Part shown: positions 59,895 through 64,000 of the stretch, one piece after another
Layout: each line of letters opens with the position of its first letter
How positions within the stretch are numbered: the first letter of the stretch is position 1
NCBI GenBank assembly: GCA_963666215.2
Contig: CAXWPL010000005.1
Location: forward strand, 960,001 to 1,024,000
DNA length: 64,000 nt
Origin: Acidobacteriota bacterium
Lineage (GTDB): Bacteria > Acidobacteriota > UBA890 > WLXD01
Direction of reading: 5' to 3'
Made by a program: the position numbers and the translations under genes
The notes under the pieces: model-generated
What the model was told of the DNA's origin: nothing
Database searches by the model: none
The model's input: the letters and a program-made list of their open reading frames with translations, nothing else

Positions 59895-60149
59895 TTGGTC
59901 CAGGTCTATCTCGCGCTGGACCAGGAGCAGGACGCAGCGGAAGCGCTACAGGAAATGATCTCAGGCTACCCGCGCAGTGAGTATCCCGTCCGCTACGTGC
60001 GGGCGCTCTACCGGCTCGGCGTCCTGGCGATCGAACGCGGCCAAGACGCCGAGGGACGTCAGTACCTGGAACAGTTCCTCGACCACTGGGGCAAAGCCGA
60101 CTGGCAGCTTCCCCAGGTAACCGACGCGCGCGCGCGACTCGGCCGATAG
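59895..60149 (+). pseudogene. 3' fragment of a TPR-containing protein
   Basis: ALYRLG...GRQYLEQFLDHWGKAD..LPQVTDARARL is a TPR plus capping helix; no RBS or N-terminus is visible. Confidence 0.6.
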
Positions 60150-60164
60150 CCCCGCGAGCCAATC

Positions 60165-60947
60165 ATGTCGCACGTACGTTCGCTCGTCCGAGTCGCCTCG
60201 CTCTTGGCCGTCAGTCTGGGCCTGTTCGCGGTGCGCATGCTCCTGGTGCCGGTCAGCGTCGTCGCTGCCGGTGCCGAACAGCGTTCAGGCGGCTGGTTGT
60301 TCAAGGTTTGGGGGCACGCCTGCCTGCGCATCCTCGGCATCCGGACGCAACGCGACGGCACCCTCCCCGCGACGTCGGCCGGTCCCTACGTCATCGTCTC
60401 GAACCACCTCGGATATCTCGACATACCCCTTTTCGCCGCCCACACCGGCGGCATCTTTGTCTCCAACGCCCGCATACGTCGCTGGCCACTGATCGGCTTC
60501 CTGGCGGCGCGGATCGGCACGATATTCATGCGTCGCTCGCGCAAGCGCGCGATCATGCCGGCAATCGAGCACATCGCCGCGGCGCTCAACGCCGGACGGC
60601 CGGTGATCTTCTTCCCTGAAGGCACCAGCAGCCCCGGCCTCACGGTCATGCCCTTCCGCTCGAATCTCTTCGAAGCCGTCGTGCACGCCAACGTCCCTGT
60701 TTTCTGCGCCGCCGTGCGCTACAGCTCCCCCGACCCGAGTATCGACCCGGCCACCGACATCGCCTGGTCGGACACCCCTCTGGGCCAGCACGCCGCCAAG
60801 CTCCTCAGGATCAGCGCCATGAACGCCGAGATGCTCGTCGACGGCACTCCGCTAGACCCTGGCAACCGCAAGGAGCTTGCCTCCCAGGCGCACGCCCGCG
60901 TCAGCGCCCTGCACAACCAGATCGGCCAGCCGAGCGCGCGGCGCTAG
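60165..60947 (+). CDS. Lysophospholipid acyltransferase (PlsC/OlsA-like)
   Basis: SNHLGYLD (HxxxxD), FFPEGT and PFRS motifs. Confidence 0.9.
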   Translation: MSHVRSLVRVASLLAVSLGLFAVRMLLVPVSVVAAGAEQRSGGWLFKVWGHACLRILGIRTQRDGTLPATSAGPYVIVSNHLGYLDIPLFAAHTGGIFVSNARIRRWPLIGFLAARIGTIFMRRSRKRAIMPAIEHIAAALNAGRPVIFFPEGTSSPGLTVMPFRSNLFEAVVHANVPVFCAAVRYSSPDPSIDPATDIAWSDTPLGQHAAKLLRISAMNAEMLVDGTPLDPGNRKELASQAHARVSALHNQIGQPSARR

Positions 60948-60957
60948 ACGGGCGTCG

Positions 60958-63795
60958 TCACTCCTGTTGCAGCGCCGCCAGCGGGTCGATGCGTGTTGCG
61001 TGACGCGCCGGGATGTAGCTGGCGACGAGACCCACAGCGCCGAGAACGGAGGCCACAGCGACCAGCGGCAGGAAGCTGATGGCGCTGCCGAGACCGTCGA
61101 GCGCAGTATCGAACAGGCGCATGACGACGAAAGCCAGCGGGACCCCGAGCAAGAGCCCCGCAAGCGACAGCTGTAGGCCGCTACGGGCGAATTGGCGAAT
61201 CACCTGACTCGACTGCGCACCAATCGCCATGCGCAGGCCGATCTCGCGTGTTTGCAGCGCCACGGTGAACGAGGTGAGCCCGTAGATCCCCATCGCCGCC
61301 AGCGCCAGCGCGAGGGCGCCAACGCCAGCGAGCAGTCGAACAATGAACTGCGGACCGGCGAGCGTGTGCTCGATATGGGCGTTGACGGTTTGTACGTCAG
61401 AAACCGGCTGAGTCTCATCGATGCTCCCGACCAAGCGGCGCAGCGCCGGGGCCAGGCTGGCGGCCAACGCGTCGATCTCACGCGGATCGGCGGACGCTGT
61501 ACTCGAGCCCGCCGCGCGCACGACCACCTGGAAGCCACGAGTCGGGTATTGATCGTACGGCAGGTAGATCCACGAGCGCGCCGGCTCGAGACCGTGCATG
61601 CGCGACTGAGCGAATTCCGCGACCACCCCGACGATCTCCCATGTCTGTCCATGCGCCTGAATCCGCTCGCCAACAACGCCCGCCTCATCGAAGAGGTCGG
61701 CGAATTCCTGAACGAAGCGCTCATTGACGATGACCGATCCGATAGCCGGACCACGCGCCTCGGCGGCGGAGTCGTCGAAGGCATGCAGGTCGCCAGAATC
61801 GAAGGCTCGGCCTTCTTTCATCTGCAGCCGCAGCGTCTCCATCATCGACGGCGTGATGGCAGACCACGCGCTCCACGGCTCGCGCCCCACTTCGGGCGGG
61901 CGACGCTCGAGAGCGAATGACGTTACCGGCCAGGAGTTGGCTCGCGGCAAGGTAGAGGTCAGCGCCCAACTGTCAGCGCCAGCGAGCCGATCGAGCTCCT
62001 CGGCGAGCAACACCTCGAACTGGCGCATCGCCGCCGCGTCGGGATAACGATGTTGCGAAAGTGTTATCGACGCCGCCAGAAGACCATCGGATTCGAAGCC
62101 GGCATCCTTATCGAGGCGACGTTCCACCGCATCACCGAGAACGGCGGCCCCCACGAGAATGGCGAGCGCCAGTGCGAACTGCGTAACCACGAGGGCAGCC
62201 CGCACGCGCTTGCGACTTCTGCTGGAAGTGCCACCGCGTGTGCCATCCAGGAGCGGCGAACGTGCGCGACGGCGCACCGCCTGCAGCGTCGACGGCGCCC
62301 CGAACGCCACCCCGGCGAGCGCCGACAACGCCAGAGCGTGCAGCACGACGTTGAAGTCGACCTGTGGCAGGTAGGGACGCGGAATCTGATCGAGGGAGCT
62401 TGCCAGCCCGGCGATAGCCCAGGAGCCCAGCGCCAGGCCCAGCGCGCCGGCCATCAAAGCCAGCAGCACGCTCTCGGTGAGCAGCTGTCGCAACAACCGT
62501 GCGCGTCCTGCACCCAGCGCCTCGCGCACCGCGAGCTCAGAGCGCCGCGCATCGGTCTTGGCGAGGTAGAGGCCGGCCACGTTGAAGCATGCAACGAGGA
62601 GCACCAGCGTCACCACCAGGAGCAACGTGTTCACCAGAAGGCGATCCGTGGGACTCGGGAACTGCTCGTCAAACCCGATGACGACGGCGCGCTCGCCGAG
62701 GCCGAGCTCGGGGTTCTCGCGGTCGATATCGGCCGTGATCGCCGACACCTCCTGGCGCGCTTGCTCGGCCGTTACCCCAACGGCGAGCTTGCCCACGGCG
62801 ACGATGTCCTGGGTGTCTCGAACGTCGCGCTGGTCGGCAAAATCGGTGGCAATCCACACGTCAACGCCGGCATTCCAGAGCTCGAATTGATCCGAGAGCA
62901 CGCCCACCACTGTGTGAGCCTCACCATCGAGCATCAGCTCCGTGCCGAGCACCGCCGCGTCGCGGCCGAATCGATCGCGCCAGAAGGTCTCGCGCAGGAG
63001 CAACGGTCGCGAGGTGGCGCCGCTCGCCTTGAAAGTGCCCTCACCCGCCGCGAAGCGGCGACCGAGAACGGTCTGGGCACCGAGCATCTCCAGCAACTCT
63101 GGCGTCGTTCTCGCGGTTAACAGCTGTTCCGGTTCTTCGAGCCCGGTGAGGTTGGCTGACCGGTAGTCCAGCGGCTGCAGCGCCTCGAAGGAGTCGGTGC
63201 GCTCTTGCCAGTCGAAGAACGTCGCCGGCGACGTGGGCATCCACTCGTCGTCGGCGAAATCCGGGCGAGTTTCCCAGACGTGCACCAGCCGCTCGCCGTC
63301 GGCATAGGGCGATGGCCGAATCAGCCAAGAGTTGACGATGGCGAAGATCGTCGTGTTGGCGGCCAGCGCCAGGGCAAGTGAAACGACGGCGATCAGCGTG
63401 ACCACCGGCGTGCGGGCAATCATCCGCAGCGCGTACACCAGATCCTGCCGCATGCTCGAGATCCATTCCGTTCGTTGAGGAACATCACGTGGAGCCAACC
63501 GGCCGGCCCGGTGCCTGCCGGAGCGCGGAATCACGCTCGAGAGGCGCTCGCGCACAGCCAACACCAGAAGCCCACGAAGCTCGGCCAGCCAAAAGACCAC
63601 AAGCGCGAGACCGCGGCGGTACAAGGACACGTCCTGCAGCGAGCGGCGCGACCTGCTCGCCTGCGGCAGCCGCAGATGCAGCCGTGACCGGCGGCGGTCG
63701 CCCACGGCGGCGAGAAGCTCCTGCCCGAACTCGCGCATGAACGATGTCGGCAGGAGCCAGCGCGCCGCACGCGAGAACCAGCGCTGGCCACTCAC
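60958..63795 (-). CDS. ADOP-family duplicated ABC permease (MacB/FtsX-like)
   Basis: QDLVYALR, ANTTIFA, LLVACFNVA, ELAVREALGA, QLLTES, REIGLRMAIGA and IPARHATRIDPLAAL motifs. Confidence 0.92.
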   Translation of the reverse strand: MSGQRWFSRAARWLLPTSFMREFGQELLAAVGDRRRSRLHLRLPQASRSRRSLQDVSLYRRGLALVVFWLAELRGLLVLAVRERLSSVIPRSGRHRAGRLAPRDVPQRTEWISSMRQDLVYALRMIARTPVVTLIAVVSLALALAANTTIFAIVNSWLIRPSPYADGERLVHVWETRPDFADDEWMPTSPATFFDWQERTDSFEALQPLDYRSANLTGLEEPEQLLTARTTPELLEMLGAQTVLGRRFAAGEGTFKASGATSRPLLLRETFWRDRFGRDAAVLGTELMLDGEAHTVVGVLSDQFELWNAGVDVWIATDFADQRDVRDTQDIVAVGKLAVGVTAEQARQEVSAITADIDRENPELGLGERAVVIGFDEQFPSPTDRLLVNTLLLVVTLVLLVACFNVAGLYLAKTDARRSELAVREALGAGRARLLRQLLTESVLLALMAGALGLALGSWAIAGLASSLDQIPRPYLPQVDFNVVLHALALSALAGVAFGAPSTLQAVRRRARSPLLDGTRGGTSSRSRKRVRAALVVTQFALALAILVGAAVLGDAVERRLDKDAGFESDGLLAASITLSQHRYPDAAAMRQFEVLLAEELDRLAGADSWALTSTLPRANSWPVTSFALERRPPEVGREPWSAWSAITPSMMETLRLQMKEGRAFDSGDLHAFDDSAAEARGPAIGSVIVNERFVQEFADLFDEAGVVGERIQAHGQTWEIVGVVAEFAQSRMHGLEPARSWIYLPYDQYPTRGFQVVVRAAGSSTASADPREIDALAASLAPALRRLVGSIDETQPVSDVQTVNAHIEHTLAGPQFIVRLLAGVGALALALAAMGIYGLTSFTVALQTREIGLRMAIGAQSSQVIRQFARSGLQLSLAGLLLGVPLAFVVMRLFDTALDGLGSAISFLPLVAVASVLGAVGLVASYIPARHATRIDPLAALQQE

Positions 63796-64000
63796 GAACG
63801 TTTGGCCAGAAAGTCGGTGTCGCGCACCATGCCGGCCAGACGCTGGATACGTTCCGACTCCGCCGCGGCAACCTCTCGACCGAAGTCGGTGATGCGGTAG
63901 TAGCGTCGCCGCTCGTCATCGAGCTCGGGAGCCGGCCGCTCGTTGCTGCGCTCGAGCAACTGGTCGCGCATCATGCGCTTCACGGCGCCATAGAGCGTGC
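63792..64000 (-). CDS. PadR-family regulator (partial, 5' end outside window)
   Basis: TLYGAVKRM...DDERRRYYRITDFG...AESERI; its stop overlaps the permease start. Confidence 0.88.
   Translation of the reverse strand, partial: TLYGAVKRMMRDQLLERSNERPAPELDDERRRYYRITDFGREVAAAESERIQRLAGMVRDTDFLAKRS

Noticed and set aside
1-64000. rRNA, tRNA, prophage, integrase, retron or known defence operons
   Set aside because: None recognised by eye; tRNAscan-SE, Infernal and DefenseFinder would be needed to exclude them formally.

Overview
GC-rich (roughly two-thirds G+C by eye), gene-dense bacterial chromosome segment with about 50 CDS. Two PadR + duplicated (ADOP-type) ABC-permease pairs, two VWFA-type proteins, FG-GAP/CRTAC1 and choice-of-anchor-B proteins and many secreted hydrolases point to an Acidobacteriota-like organism (inference). 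The window holds one complete IS481-family element (25-bp inverted repeats, ACTAGG target duplication). I found no rRNA, tRNA or CRISPR array. Many genes carry frameshifts, a nonsense codon or deletion scars, which reflects either real decay or read error. The best candidate for something undescribed is a pair of stand-alone paralogous ~330-aa genes (15807-16802 and 41918-42943). Each has an unknown helical N-domain, C-terminal 13-residue W-x3-G-x5-A repeats and an unusually AT-rich upstream element. Other leads are a highly structured leader with a uORF upstream of rsgA, a degenerate phosphatase/atypical-kinase fusion next to a PEBP protein, and a tandem double-HExxH protein. All calls come from motif recognition by eye; no database searches were run.
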